Assembly (NCBI RefSeq): GCF_006345805.1
Contig: NW_021832639.1
Coordinates: forward strand, 1 to 42,993
Reading direction: 5' to 3'
Length of the DNA stretch: 42,993 bases
Source of the DNA: Octopus sinensis
Taxonomy: Eukaryota
Of the stretch, positions 1-12,041 are shown piece by piece (position 1 is the first letter of the stretch; every line of letters starts with the position of its first letter). The position numbers and the translations under genes are program-made. The notes beneath the pieces are model-generated. The model was not told the origin of the DNA and did not search any database. It was given only the letters and a program-made list of their open reading frames with translations.

Positions 1-188
1 CAGTTATTGTCCTCCTTCGATCCACAATTTTTTGTATGCTTAATTCGGTGGCTGTAGCTTACATATAGCATATATGTTAGTGTGCACAAACACGCAGACA
101 CACCACACACACACACACACGCACACAGACACGGACACCACACCACACATACACATATATATATACATACATATATATATATATATGT

Positions 189-237
<49 letters not shown>

Positions 238-239
<2 letters not shown>

Positions 240-457
240 GTTCAAATTTACGGAAAACAAGACGAAGACTGGCGAGGAAAAAACAAGCAGGTGCCTTAGT
301 TTGATGCGGAAGAACAATGGAAAAGTTGTTCATGATTCGAGCCTAAGCTCTTCGATAGAAAGGAATGTGCATCGTTGATTTTCTTTGTCCGTCTTTCTTT
401 TCTTGGAACTTTCCTTTTTCTATGTTTTTGACGAAGAGCTCCGCTCGAAACGTTAAA
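238..457. mobile_element. Penelope-like pseudo-LTR remnant in inverted configuration with two hammerhead-like motifs
   Basis: 238-367 is similar to 6105-6230 and has a decayed minus-strand motif CTATCGA-A-GAGC-ttag-GCTC-GAA. 425-457 (+) reads ttt-TTGACGA-A-GAGC-tcc-GCTC-GAAA-CGT-T-aaa. Confidence 0.55.
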
Positions 458-461
458 TTGA

Positions 462-770
462 AAAGGCATTAAAGCCCATATGGGACGAAGAAATGTACAT
501 TAACACAGACAGGGAGTACGGCACGGTGAAGTTGCGGTTCAGAGTTGCAGCAACCGCCATGCTGCACTTTGTAACCCCGTTGAAAACGAAGGAGGTAGTG
601 CTCCTACCCACCTACCCGGAAAGACATACTTCCAGGCTGAAGGTAGAGGACATACCACCAGAAATGCAGCCTGGCTGGTAGACGCTTGGAGAAGAAAGTG
701 GTGGTTCTTCAAGCCACGTGAACTGGCCCATAAGAACTGGCAGGGGCAAGGGCTCGAGTTATTAATTCAA
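462..770 (+). pseudogene. Possible decayed retroelement ORF fragment (ORF1-like; unassigned)
   Basis: GC-richer, coding-like stretch (ORF 493-681, ...YGTVKLRF...VLLPTYP...VEDIPPEM) between repeats. No diagnostic motif is present. Confidence 0.25.
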
Positions 771-791
771 GCACACACACGCGCATAGCAA

Positions 792-1092
792 ATGGAAGAG
801 TGTCATGGTTAAGTGTCAATGAACGTTTGAATGGTTTACGAGATACATATACATGTAGCACAGGGCATATAGATCGTAAGGTCGAGAGATCGATACCCGG
901 TAGCGTGTTGTGTCACTTAAGCAAAGCATTTTATTCCACGTTGGACCAGTCCACTCAGCTGGCAAAAATGCTTCGTACCTATGTTTCAAATGGTCAGCCT
1001 TGCCATGCTGAATCTCTCTGAGAGCTACGTTAAGGCTACACTTATCTGTGGAACGCTCAGTCACTTGCAGGTTTAATTTCACGAGCAGGTTG
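792..1092 (+). mobile_element. Degenerate tRNA-derived SINE
   Basis: Shares ccagtccactcagctggcaaaaatg with 3526-3775 and the tail aatttcacgagcagg with the SINE at 7071-7454. Confidence 0.6.
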
Positions 1093-1169
1093 TTACATTA
1101 ATCGAATTACCTAGAATACTCGTCATCACTAACAGAGTGCCAGTCATGTATTCACATATATCTAAATTA

Positions 1170-1587
1170 CCAGCAGTATAGCCCGGAGTTGCTCGTGTTT
1201 GGTTTTTAGTTGTGCTTAAAACGGCAGACTTTGATGTCGCGTTAATAAATTTTAGAAATGGAAGTTTTGAAAAGTAAAAATTCTGCATTATGTAGCGTGT
1301 TATTCTCCTTAAGTGAAGATTTTTCTGGTTAAAATACACTGAAGAATGGCGACACAGCAGTCAAAAAATCGTACAAAAATAGGGATTTTCATAGAAAATA
1401 AACACCTATATGATGAAAACGATTTTAGGTCTTAACATGGTCCGATTTGAATAAAAAGCAAGCCTTCTTCTATCATACTCTCAATTTTGGTCAACTTGCG
1501 CCACAGGGTCTCGGAGGAGATAGTGTTAGTTGAAGGCTACCAAACCTGCCACACACACACACACACACAACTTTATAGATATATAGA
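1170..1587 (-). mobile_element. Non-autonomous Helitron
   Basis: The minus strand begins A|TCTATATATCTATAAAG and ends in a GC-rich hairpin-like segment (cgagcaactccgggc) followed by CTGG|T (CTRR). The 3' end matches those at ~41513 and ~42913. Confidence 0.65.
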
Positions 1588-1603
1588 TTATTTTGCCGGG
1601 CAC

Positions 1604-1822
1604 ACCAAGCAACAATCTGGCAGAATCGTTAGCACGTCGGACAAAGTGCTTAGCAGCGTTCCCCCCACTCATTACTTTCTAAGTTCAAATTCCACGAAAG
1701 TCAAGCTTGCCTTTCATCCAGTTGTGATCGATGAAATAAACGCCAACCAAGTACCGGGGTCGATGTAATCGACTTACTCCCCTCCACAAAATTTCCGGCC
1801 TTGTGCCAAAATTAGAAAAAAT
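1604..1822 (+). mobile_element. SINE family B copy
   Basis: Head ctggcagaatcgttagcacg, B-box-like gttcaaattcc, central gcctttcatcc...gatgaaataa. The same family recurs many times in the window. Confidence 0.75.
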
Positions 1823-1834
1823 TATCTCAACATA

Positions 1835-2179
1835 ATAAACGGTAAAGACACCCTTCAGTCATGAATGACCATGGGATTACACCTAAAACGTTTACCTCCG
1901 AGGCGGAAATCCGGTCAAAGTTGCTTATGGAATATCAGCAGTCACCCATGCATACCAGCCGCCCTTCTCCATGCCACTGATGTTATTCAAGGGAAAGATA
2001 AAGGTCGATACAGCATGGCACCAGTGACGTCGCAGCTCGTTTCTACAGCGGAGTAAACTGGAGTAACGTGACTCAAAGTGTCTTGCCCAAGAAGACAACA
2101 CACAACCCGATCCGGGAATTGAGCTCACTACCTCATGATTGCGAGCCTGATGCTCAATCTACTAAGCCATACGCTTTCA
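1835..2179 (-). mobile_element. tRNA-derived SINE with CORE-like segment
   Basis: Minus strand has A-box-like tggcttagtag, B-box-like gctcaattcc and CORE-like cttgggcaagacactt. Confidence 0.65.
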
Positions 2180-2186
2180 TATATAT

Positions 2187-2740
2187 ATTCTTTTCTACTC
2201 TAGGCACAAGGCCCAACATTTTGGAGGAGGGTACCAGTCGATTAGCTCGAATCCAGTGCGTACTTAATTTATCGACCCCGAAAGGATGAAAGGAAACGTA
2301 ACATCGGTGGAATTTGAACTCAGGACATAAAGACAGACGAAATACTTATTTCTTTAATACTCACAAGGGGCTAAACACAGAGAGCACAAACAAGGACAGA
2401 AAATGGATTAAGTCGATTATATCGACCCCAGTGCGTAACTGATACTTATTTAATCGACCCCCGAAAGGCAAAGTCGACCTCGGCGGAACTTGAACACATA
2501 ACGTAGCGGCAGACGAAATACCCACAAGGGGCTAAACACAGAGAGGACAAACAAGGACAGACAAATGGATTAAGTCGATTATATCGACCCCAGTGCGTAA
2601 CTGGTACTTAATTTATCGACCCCGAAAGGATGAAAGGCAAAGTCGACCTCGGCGGAATTTGAACTCAGAACGTAACGGCAGACGAAATACTGCTAAGCAT
2701 TTCGCCCGGCGTGCTAACGTTTCTGCCAGCTCGCCGCCTT
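2187..2740 (-). mobile_element. SINE family B with tandemly repeated body (three subunits)
   Basis: One head (ggcggcgagctggcagaaacgttagcacgccgggcg on minus) followed by three copies of the tcgaccccgaaagg...gaact...gacgaaatac body. Confidence 0.85.
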
Positions 2741-2759
2741 ACTAGTCACTAATATTCCA

Positions 2760-4332
2760 TATTAGTTTCAAAGTTTGGCCCATGGTATGCAAGGTCGGGA
2801 GATGGGTTAAGTCGATTACATCGACCCCCAGTACTCAACCGGTATTTATTATATCGACACCGAAAGGGTAAAAGCTAAAGTGAACCCCAGCGAAATTTTT
2901 ACTTAGAGCGTATAGACGAACGAAATGCCGCTAAGCATTTCCCCCAGCATGTCAACACCTCTGTCAGTTCGCAGCCTTAAATTTATAAGCTCTTGTCTCA
3001 TTTATTAATAAAGGTCCCTCATTTATTTATTTGGGTATTCACTTGATTAGTGATTAGCTATGGGTGGTGAAATGGCAGAGTCATTAAAACATCGGATGGA
3101 ATTCTTTGCAGCATTTGTTTTGACACTAAGTGACCTGAATTCAAAATTTTGCTGAAATCCCTTTTGTCGTTCACGTTTTCCTAATTTTTCTTTTCTTTCT
3201 TTTGCGGAGTTTGATGAAACAAAAAAGAAAGTGCCAATCCGGATTGAAGGAGTTATGGTACTATAAGAATATCAGACCAAATGCCTTGTGGTAGTTGTTC
3301 CAGTTCTGCATTTAGTTCTAAATATGGCGACGAGCTGGCAAAATCGTAAGCACCCCGGGCTTTACGTTCTGAGTTCAAATTTCGCTGAGGCCTGCTTACC
3401 TTTCATATTTTCATGGTCGATAAAATAAGTTCCAATTGAGCACTGTGTCGATGTAGTCCATTTAACTCCTCACCCGAACTTGAGGGCTTTGTGCCTGTTA
3501 TTGAAATTAGTATATTAAGCAATTTGTGGAGGCACATGGCTTAGTGGTTAGGGTGTCAGCACCATGATCGTAAGATTGTGGTTTCGATTCCTGGACCGGG
3601 TGACGCGTTGTGTTCTTGAGCAAAACACTTCATTTCACGTTGCTCCAGTCCACTCAGCTGGCAAAAATGAGAAACGCTGCGATGGACTGGCGTCTCGTCC
3701 AGCTGAGGAACACATACGCCATAGAAACCGGGAAACCGGGCCCATGAGCCTGACTAGGCTTTAAAAGGGCGCATTTATATTTTTTTTATATTAAACAATT
3801 TATAAGTAATATTAGTATCAAACTTTGAGTCAAGGCCAGCAACTTCGAGAGAGAGGTAATTCGACTAAATCGACTCCAGTAAACAACTGGTACTTATTTT
3901 CTCGACCCCGGGTGGATGAAAGGTAAAGCCGGCCTCGGCAGTATTTGAACCCAAACCGTAAAGATAGAAGAAATGCCACTAAGCATTTTACCCACCAGGC
4001 TAATGATTCTATAAGCATGCCACCTTATTTGTAACTTAATATTGGTTTCAAATTTTGGTACAAGGCCAGCAATTCCGGAGGAGGGTGTAATTCGATTACA
4101 TCAACCCTTGTGCTCAACTAGAACTTCTTTTATCCACACCGAGTGGAAGAAATGGAAAGTCGACCTCGGCGAAAGTTGAACTCAAAGTTTAAGGATTGAC
4201 AAAATGCCACTAAGTATTTTGCTCATCGTACTTAGCATTCTACAAGCTCGCCACCTTATGTGTAATTTAATATTACTTGTAAATTTTCAAGCGGCGAGCT
4301 GGCAGAATCGTTAGCACGTCAGGCAAAATGCC
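2760..4332. mobile_element. Cluster of older SINE family B copies (~2760-2978 -, 3062-3200 +, 3325-3510 +, 3813-4026 -, 4040-4257 -, 4291-4332 +)
   Basis: Repeated diverged matches to the family B head and central domain on both strands. Confidence 0.75.
3526..3775 (+). mobile_element. tRNA-derived SINE with CORE-like segment
   Basis: A box tggcttagtgg, B box gtttcgattcc, then gttcttgagcaaaacactt...gctccagtccactcagctg. Confidence 0.8.
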
Positions 4333-4545
4333 AAAGTTTGAAATCATTTTTTAAGTTACAAATATTCCGACCTGTCACATATTCGACATGAAACAGAACG
4401 ATGCAAATGGCAACCTACCATACAAAAAAAAATATGTTTATATTATTATCCTTAATGTGGATATAGATGGCCCAATTTTATCCAAATAGTATATATAAGT
4501 ATACAAAATGGCTGACGGTTCGTAAGGAGAGATACACAAATAAGA

Positions 4546-5456
4546 AAAGAAGAAAGAAGAAAGCAAAGGACCACTGATGCGGTCACAGGAGTGTGACGAA
4601 AGAACTCTGGCCGAAATAAGATTAAGATTAATGTAAAAAATAAATAACTCTCAAGCAAAGTAACACCAAATATATAGTGCGTGTGTTTTTATTGGCTAAA
4701 CTGGCAAAATGACCATTTACATAATAAGAAAATAAGAAAGAAGAAAGCAAAGGACCACTGATGCGGTCACAGGAGTGTGACGAAAGAACTCTGGCCGAAA
4801 TGAGATTAAGATTAATGTAAAAAAATAAATAACACTGAAGCAAAGTAACACTAAATATATAGTGCATGTGATTTTATTGGCTAAACTGGCAAAATGACCA
4901 TTTACATAATAAGAAATTAAGAAAGAAGAAAGCAAAGGACCACTGATGCGGTCACAGGAGTGTGACGAAAGAACTCTGGCCGAAATGAGATTAAGATTAA
5001 TGTAAAAAAATAAATAACACTGAAGCAAAGTAACACTAAATATATAGTGCATGTGATTTTATTGGCTAAACTGGCAAAATGACCATTTACATAATAAGAA
5101 AATAAGAAAGAAGAAAGCAAATAACCACTGATGCGGTCACAGGAGTGTGACGAAAGAACTCTGGCCGAAATGAGATTAAGATTAATGTAAAAAATAAATA
5201 ACGCTGAAGCAAAGTAACACCAAATATATAGTGCGTGTGTTTTTATTGGCTAAACTGGCAAAATGACCATTTACATAATAAGAAAATAAGAAAGAAGAAA
5301 GCAAAGGACCACTGATGCGGTCACAGGAGTGTGACGAAAGAACTCTGGCCGAAATAAGATTAAGATTAATGTAAAAAATAAATAACGCTGAAGAAAAGTA
5401 ACACCAAATATATTGTGCATGTGTTTTTATTGGCTAAACTGGCAACATGACCATTC
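4546..5456 (+). repeat. Tandem array, five near-identical 184/185-bp units, each with a hammerhead-like motif
   Basis: The motif ctgatgcggtcacaggagtgtgacgaaagaactctgg starts at 4574, 4758, 4943, 5128 and 5312 (periods 184, 185, 185, 184). Confidence 0.97.
4568..4612 (+). ncRNA. Variant type I hammerhead-like ribozyme (first of five copies)
   Basis: GGaCCA-CUGAUGC-G-GUCACA-ggag-UGUGAC-GAAA-G-aa-C-UC^-UGGCC. All three stems can form; the core has A9->C plus one extra base. Confidence 0.6.
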
Positions 5457-5782
5457 CGAAATACAAGAATATCTGTTTCAACACACGACTTCACATAAAA
5501 AATCTTGCACAACAAACATATAAACGTAACAAAGTATATATAAGTTTTAATTCGTTGTTATATTTCTTGTTGGGAAAAGAAGGAACAGAAGCAAGTTACT
5601 GGCTAAAACAGTTAGCAACATGCAGCTCTTTGGTGGCCACCACAACGGATCAAGACGATGGTACGAAATGAACCGATGGTAAATGGTTCTGTTTTCCCGA
5701 GGTGTATATCACCTTCACGCATACACATACACACGCATATATATTCATATATGTGTATGTAGATATATGTATACATATAGCA

Positions 5783-6080
5783 TATCACGTGATCACGTGA
5801 CCGACCAGATCATCAGATGTTGCTACACATCGCTGGTCATCGTTATTTTAGCCTTCGAATGACGCCACCCCGTCGGCTAAGCGAGCAGGCCAACAGAAGA
5901 AAGAATGAGAGAAAGAGTGCTGAAGGAGTACAGCAGGGATCACCACCCCCTGCCGGAGCCTCGTGGAGCTTTTAGGTGTTTTCTCTCAATAAACACACAC
6001 AACGCCCGGGCTGGGAATCGAAACCGAGATCCTACGACCGCGAGTCCGCTGCCCGAACCACTGGGCCATTGCGCCTCCAC
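5783..6080 (-). mobile_element. tRNA-derived SINE family A, short-tail type
   Basis: Head gtggaggcgcaatggcccagtgg...gtttcgattccc (A and B boxes); the tail ends ggtcggtcacgtgatcacgtgat. Same type at 9594 and 39402. Confidence 0.9.
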
Positions 6081-6104
6081 TACATATATACATATAGCAT
6101 ATAT

Positions 6105-6292
6105 ATTAGGAGAATTCATAAAAAAAACAAAGGGCGCAGACAGGTGGTGCAGACAACAAAGAGATGTATTAGTTTAATGCTCGGGAAGGTCTTTAACGTT
6201 TCGAGCCTACGCTCTTCCACAGAAAGGAATACAGAAAGAAACAAGGAGAGAAAATAAAGATTGTGTAGTGGCTAGTAATCTTTCATGGTGAA
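6105..6292 (-). mobile_element. Penelope-like pseudo-LTR fragment with minimal hammerhead-like motif (6191-6226)
   Basis: Minus strand: CTTT-CTGTGGA-A-GAGC-gtag-GCTC-GAA-ACGT-T-AAAG. Similar to 238-367. Confidence 0.55.
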
Positions 6293-6300
6293 TTTACACC

Positions 6301-6331
<31 letters not shown>

Positions 6332-6358
6332 TATATATATAATATATATATATATATA

Positions 6359-6392
<34 letters not shown>

Positions 6393-6499
6393 GTATATAT
6401 ATGTATACGTCTTCATATATACATATATGTATACATTATACGATGTGCACATGTAATTATATTTGTGTATCGGTGTCTGAGTCTCTCTCATTCACTCTT

Positions 6500-6530
<31 letters not shown>

Positions 6531-6618
6531 TGCTATATATTTATAAACACATATGTGTGTTTGAGTGTGTATGTATGCACGTGTGTACGTAATTATGTAA
6601 ATATGTATGCATATATAA

Positions 6619-6678
<60 letters not shown>

Positions 6679-7070
6679 ATGCTCGTATATCTCTCGATTC
6701 AGCTGCGTTTCGTACCATAGAGATTTCCAACATTGATTCTGAACGATTCAATGGTGAACGGTTTGTAAGAAGAAGCCTGACCTGAAAGAAAAGCTTCAAC
6801 AGTTGTCTTTGTTCTATTACTCATACACCCTGTCCTTTGAAATTCTCAAATTACACGTTAGCTAAAGAAATATTTAAATCTTACATAATGTAAGAATTAC
6901 ACTTGTATGGCGTCATTAGTAATTAATTTCGCTTATTTATTGTTAAGCCTACGTCAACGAGCATGCGCCGGTAGCATTCATATTGTCATTGTCGTACCTA
7001 TCGTTTCTGTCGCCGTCGTCGTAGTTGCAGTCTGTGTTGCTGTTCGTAGATTCGTAGAAAAGATAGCTAT

Positions 7071-7454
7071 GTGTGAGGCGCAATGGCCCAGTGGTTAGGA
7101 CAGCGGACTCGCGGTCGTAGGATCTCGGTTTCGATTCCCAGACCGGGCGTTGTGAGTGTTTATTGAGCGAAAACACCTAAACGCTCCACGAGGCCCCGGC
7201 AGCGGGTGGTGGTGATCCCTGCTGTACTCTTTCACCACAACTTTCTCTCACTCTTACTTCCTGTTTCTGTTGTACCTGTATTTCAAAGGGCCGGCCTTCT
7301 CACTCTCTGTGTCAGCTGAATATCACCCGAGAACTGCGTAAGGGTACACGTGTCTGTGGAGTGCTCAGCCACTACACGTTAATTTCACGAGCAGGCTGTT
7401 CCGTTGATTCGGATCAACCGGAACCCTCGTCGTCGTAACCGACGGAGTGCTTCC
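7071..7454 (+). mobile_element. tRNA-derived SINE family A, long-tail type
   Basis: A box tggcccagtgg, B box gtttcgattcc; collinear with 24943-25320. Confidence 0.9.
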
Positions 7455-7714
7455 ATCCAGCTATGTGTAAAGACTTGTTAGTACGTGACTCACTCGCCCT
7501 TGGGTTCAAATCTCATCAAGGTTACATTACGGATGTTATCCTTGCGGCTTCGTTAATCATAATATCTGTACGCTACTGGGGGAGAGAGTTTCTGCCCCCT
7601 TCCTTTTTTCTTAGTTTCTCACGATCTTTCTCTAATCGAAGAAACTGTATGCCTTGAGACCCAGAGAGAAGCATAGGGCTTCTCCAGGTTTCTCCACAGC
7701 AGCGATCCCCGTCT

Positions 7715-7962
7715 CCACTACTATCACCAACACTACAAACACCGCCGCCACCATCACAACAACAAACACCAACACCTCCAGATCCAACACCACCACCACA
7801 GCCATCATAACCACAACAACCATTACCACGACCTCCACCACCACCACACCACCACCACCACCACCACACCACCACCACCACCACTACTATCAAGCTATCA
7901 CAAACACCACCACCAAACTAATTCCAACACCACAAGCACCACTAATACAACCACTACCACTA
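7715..7962. repeat. (CAC/ACA)n low-complexity tract
   Basis: Degenerate trinucleotide repeat. It resumes at 8380-8498 after the SINE insertion. Confidence 0.9.
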
Positions 7963-8379
7963 TCTATTTCTTTACTACCCACAAGGGGCTAAACATAGAG
8001 GGGACAAACAAGGACAGACAAAGGGATTAAGTCGATTACGTCGACCCCGGTGTGAAACTGGTACTTAATTTATCGACCCCGAAAGGATGAAAGGCAAAGT
8101 CGACCTCGGCAGAATTTGAACTCAGAACGTAGCGGCAGACGAAATACCTATTTCTTTACTACCCACAAGGGGCTTAACACAGAGAGGACAAACAAGGACA
8201 GACAAACGGATTAAGTCGATTACATCAACCCCAGTGCGTAACTGGTACTTAATTTATCGACCCCGGAAGGATGAAAGGCAAAGTCGACCTCGGTGGAATT
8301 TGAACTCAGAACGTAGCGGCAGACGAAATACCGCTAAGCATTTCGCCCGGCGTGCTAACGATTCTGCCAGCTCGCCGCC
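7963..8379 (-). mobile_element. SINE family B with duplicated body (two subunits, period 184 bp)
   Basis: acccacaagggg at 7977 and 8161; single head at the right end. Confidence 0.9.
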
Positions 8380-9043
8380 TCAACTACTATCACCACTACA
8401 ACCATATCCACAAAGGCAACCATCATCCCCACCACAACCACCAGTACCAGAACTATAACTCCCACCACATCCACAACCACCAACACCACCACAACCATAA
8501 AATAAAATCTGGTTGTCGGCGGCCAGTGGCCTGCAATTTACGAGAAGGGAGTACCTCTGGTGACAGTAATACGATACCTTTCTTGTTGATAGATACTGCG
8601 GTTTGGTAGATGATATGCAGTTTTTCGCGGAGTCACAGCTGGCAATTAGGAGCGCCGGGTGAATATAGTGGCGCCGGGAGAGTGGTGGCGCTCTATCGAT
8701 GGTAGTCCATTTGATGTTGGGTGTTTCTTATCTGAGTTCACGAAGTCTCCAATGACTCAAAACCACAGTTTGTATTTGTGCACAAGAGTGAAATCAAGGA
8801 AAATTTTAAGACCCCCGAACAGAGTAAAAGAATCGAAAATGAGAATCAGACACGCCCATATCACAATGATTTCGGACTTTGTGAATGATCACTTACGACT
8901 CTTTTAGTCTATGGTAAGAGTTCTTCAAATTTTACTGCTTGTTCCTTCAATTTTGCCCTTGTGTAGAACTGAAAACTGTGGGTTTGAGTCATTTTGACTG
9001 CTATCTTTAACATGCTGGTGCTACAAATAGTACCCTTGTTTAT

Positions 9044-9333
9044 AACAATAGGACAAAATTTATCATGTTTACTCTCAACCGAAGTAAGGCCCTATAACCT
9101 CACTACGTCCTCCTTTTTTAACAATAGGACAAAGTTTATCATGTTTACTCTCAACCGAAGTAAGGCCCTATAACCTCACTACCTCCTACTTTTTTAACAA
9201 TAGGACAAAATTTATCATGTTTACTCTCAACTAAAAACAAGATAAAATATCAATGGGAAACGGTAGAGGAGGTAGTGAGGTTATAGGGCCTTGCTTCGGT
9301 TGTGAGTGAACATGATAAATTTTGTCCTATTGT
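9044..9333. repeat. 76-bp unit: 2.5 direct copies plus one inverted copy
   Basis: aacaataggacaaa starts at 9044, 9120 and 9196; reverse complement at ~9266-9333. Confidence 0.92.
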
Positions 9334-9553
9334 AGAACCCTTCGTTAGCAATGGATAATTTTGCCTGTATGGAGATTCTACGCATACTATCCACTGATAT
9401 TATTGAAAAGTAATAAGCAGTAATATCCTTATATATTTTTGTGATTTTTATTCACCTTTTTAAATTTGCCGCGACATCAAAAATTGATTATCGAGCACAT
9501 TGATGAAAGGGGCATGTTTATTGGCATGTTTATTGGCACACACGCACAAAAAC

Positions 9554-9588
<35 letters not shown>

Positions 9589-9593
9589 ATATA

Positions 9594-9901
9594 TATCACG
9601 TGATCACGTGACCGACCAGTCCATCAGATGTAGTTACCCATCGCTGGTCACAATGCGTTCGCATTGTTTTAGCCTTCGAATGACGCCACCCCGCTGGCTA
9701 AGCGAGAAGGTCATCAGAAGAAAGAGTGGGAGAAAGAGTGGTGAAAGAGTACAGCAGGGATCACCATCCCCTGCCGGAGCCTCGTGGAGCTTTTTTAGGT
9801 GTTTTCGCTCAATAAACACTCACAACGCCCGGTCTGGGAATCGAAACCGCGATCCTACGACCGCGAGTCCGCTGCCCTAATAACTGGGCCATTGCGCTCC
9901 A
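9594..9901 (-). mobile_element. tRNA-derived SINE family A, short-tail type
   Basis: Collinear with 5783-6080. Confidence 0.9.
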
Positions 9902-10175
<274 letters not shown>

Positions 10176-10888
10176 GTTATAGATATATACATATGTATGT
10201 ATGCATATGTTCATACGAAACAGATAGATGTAGATGGTATGTGGGGGTGTGAGGTAAGGTTGAAGTAGAACCAATGAAAGAGGTGGCGGCGGTGGTGGTG
10301 GTTGTGGTGGTTATGGTGGTGGTGGTGGTGTTACCTCTTCGAATATTACCACATTTCCAGAAGAATGGAATTGTTATTACCAAGATCATTTGATTGCATC
10401 TGCGAATTATTCCTGACTTTAATAACCTCCTTCCATCTCCATCATGATTTTTGGTTTCTTGAAAGCATTAGAACTGTGTTCTTCACACCTGTCTGCCGTA
10501 ATATCTATTTGTGGACGTGTAGGCGCGCGCGAGTGTGTGTGCCTATGCGAGTGTCTGTGCGCACGCACGTGTATGTAAATGTGTGAATGTGTGTGCGTGT
10601 GTGAGTGTGTGCTTGTGTGTGCCTGTATTGTCTGCATCTGGTTTTTATGAGAACTTGACAACACTGTTATGTCTTCTGAAGGGAGAATATACATTCACTT
10701 ATGTATATATATATATATACATATGTATATATATATATGTATGTGTATATATATGTGTGTATATATATATGTTATATATATATGTATATATATATGTATA
10801 TAATATAGTAATATATATATTTACATATATATGTATATGTATATATATATGTATATATATATGTATATATATGTGTATATATATATAT

Positions 10889-10921
<33 letters not shown>

Positions 10922-11524
10922 GAATATTATATGTATATATATATTGTATATATATATGTATATATATATATATATAGTATATGTATATATTGATTATATA
11001 TATATATATATATAAATATATATAATATATGTATATATATATATATATGTATGTTATGTATGTATGTATGTATATATGGATGTATATATAACATATATAT
11101 ACATATATATAGGTTGAGACAGACAGGCAAAGATAGAGATGAACACATAGATAGATACATACATTAGACAGATGAATGTTTTGGTGCTCTGTACTGGTGA
11201 GTGTTTATAATTTTGTATGAGCGTGCGTGTGTGTGTATGTGTGTATAATTATACACAATCACGAGTAGAAAATGCCAAAACATACCGTACACTCGCATAC
11301 ATATTATATACTCACAGGCACATACGTAAATATTACCGTCGTGTCATTCGATGCTTACATATACATACACAATTAAGCAGATGCATGCATACGTACGCAT
11401 ATTCACACATGAACGTGTATCTCTGTATTTCTATTTATTTGCGACAGGTGTATAGAGACATATTTATATAAAAATTTAACTTCGTATAAATATACAATAA
11501 CTTACCCTTTATTTATGCAAAAAT

Positions 11525-11743
11525 GTAATAATAATAATAATAATAATGATAATAATAAAAATAATAATGATAATAATAATAATAATATGATAATAATAAT
11601 AATAATAATAATAATAGTAAATATTATTAATAATAATAATAATAATGATAATAAGAATAATAGTAAATATTAATAATAATAATGATAATAATAATATTAG
11701 TAAATAATAATAATAGTAAATAATGATAATAATAATAATGATG

Positions 11744-11777
<34 letters not shown>

Positions 11778-11997
11778 TAATAATAATAATAATAGTAAAT
11801 ATTAATAATAAAATTAATAATAATAATGATAGTAATAATAATAGAAAATATTAATAATAATAATGATAAGAATAATAATAGTAAATAGTAATAATAATAA
11901 TGATAATAATAAAAATAGTAAATAATGATAATAATAATGATGATGATGATAATGATGATGATGATAATAATAATAATGATGATAATAATAGTTTATA

Positions 11998-12041
<44 letters not shown>

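Noticed and set aside
4546-5456. Possible CRISPR array
   Set aside because: Whole units are near-identical, with no unique spacers and no cas genes, in a eukaryotic context.
6760-6812. Very weak hammerhead-like remnant (aagaagaagc...gcttc-aacagttgtc)
   Set aside because: Both CUGANGA and GAAA are broken; this cannot be distinguished from chance.
7071-7150. tRNA gene (also 3526, 6080, 9901, 24943, 28444)
   Set aside because: A and B boxes are present, but each continues into a shared SINE body and lacks a clean acceptor stem and terminator.
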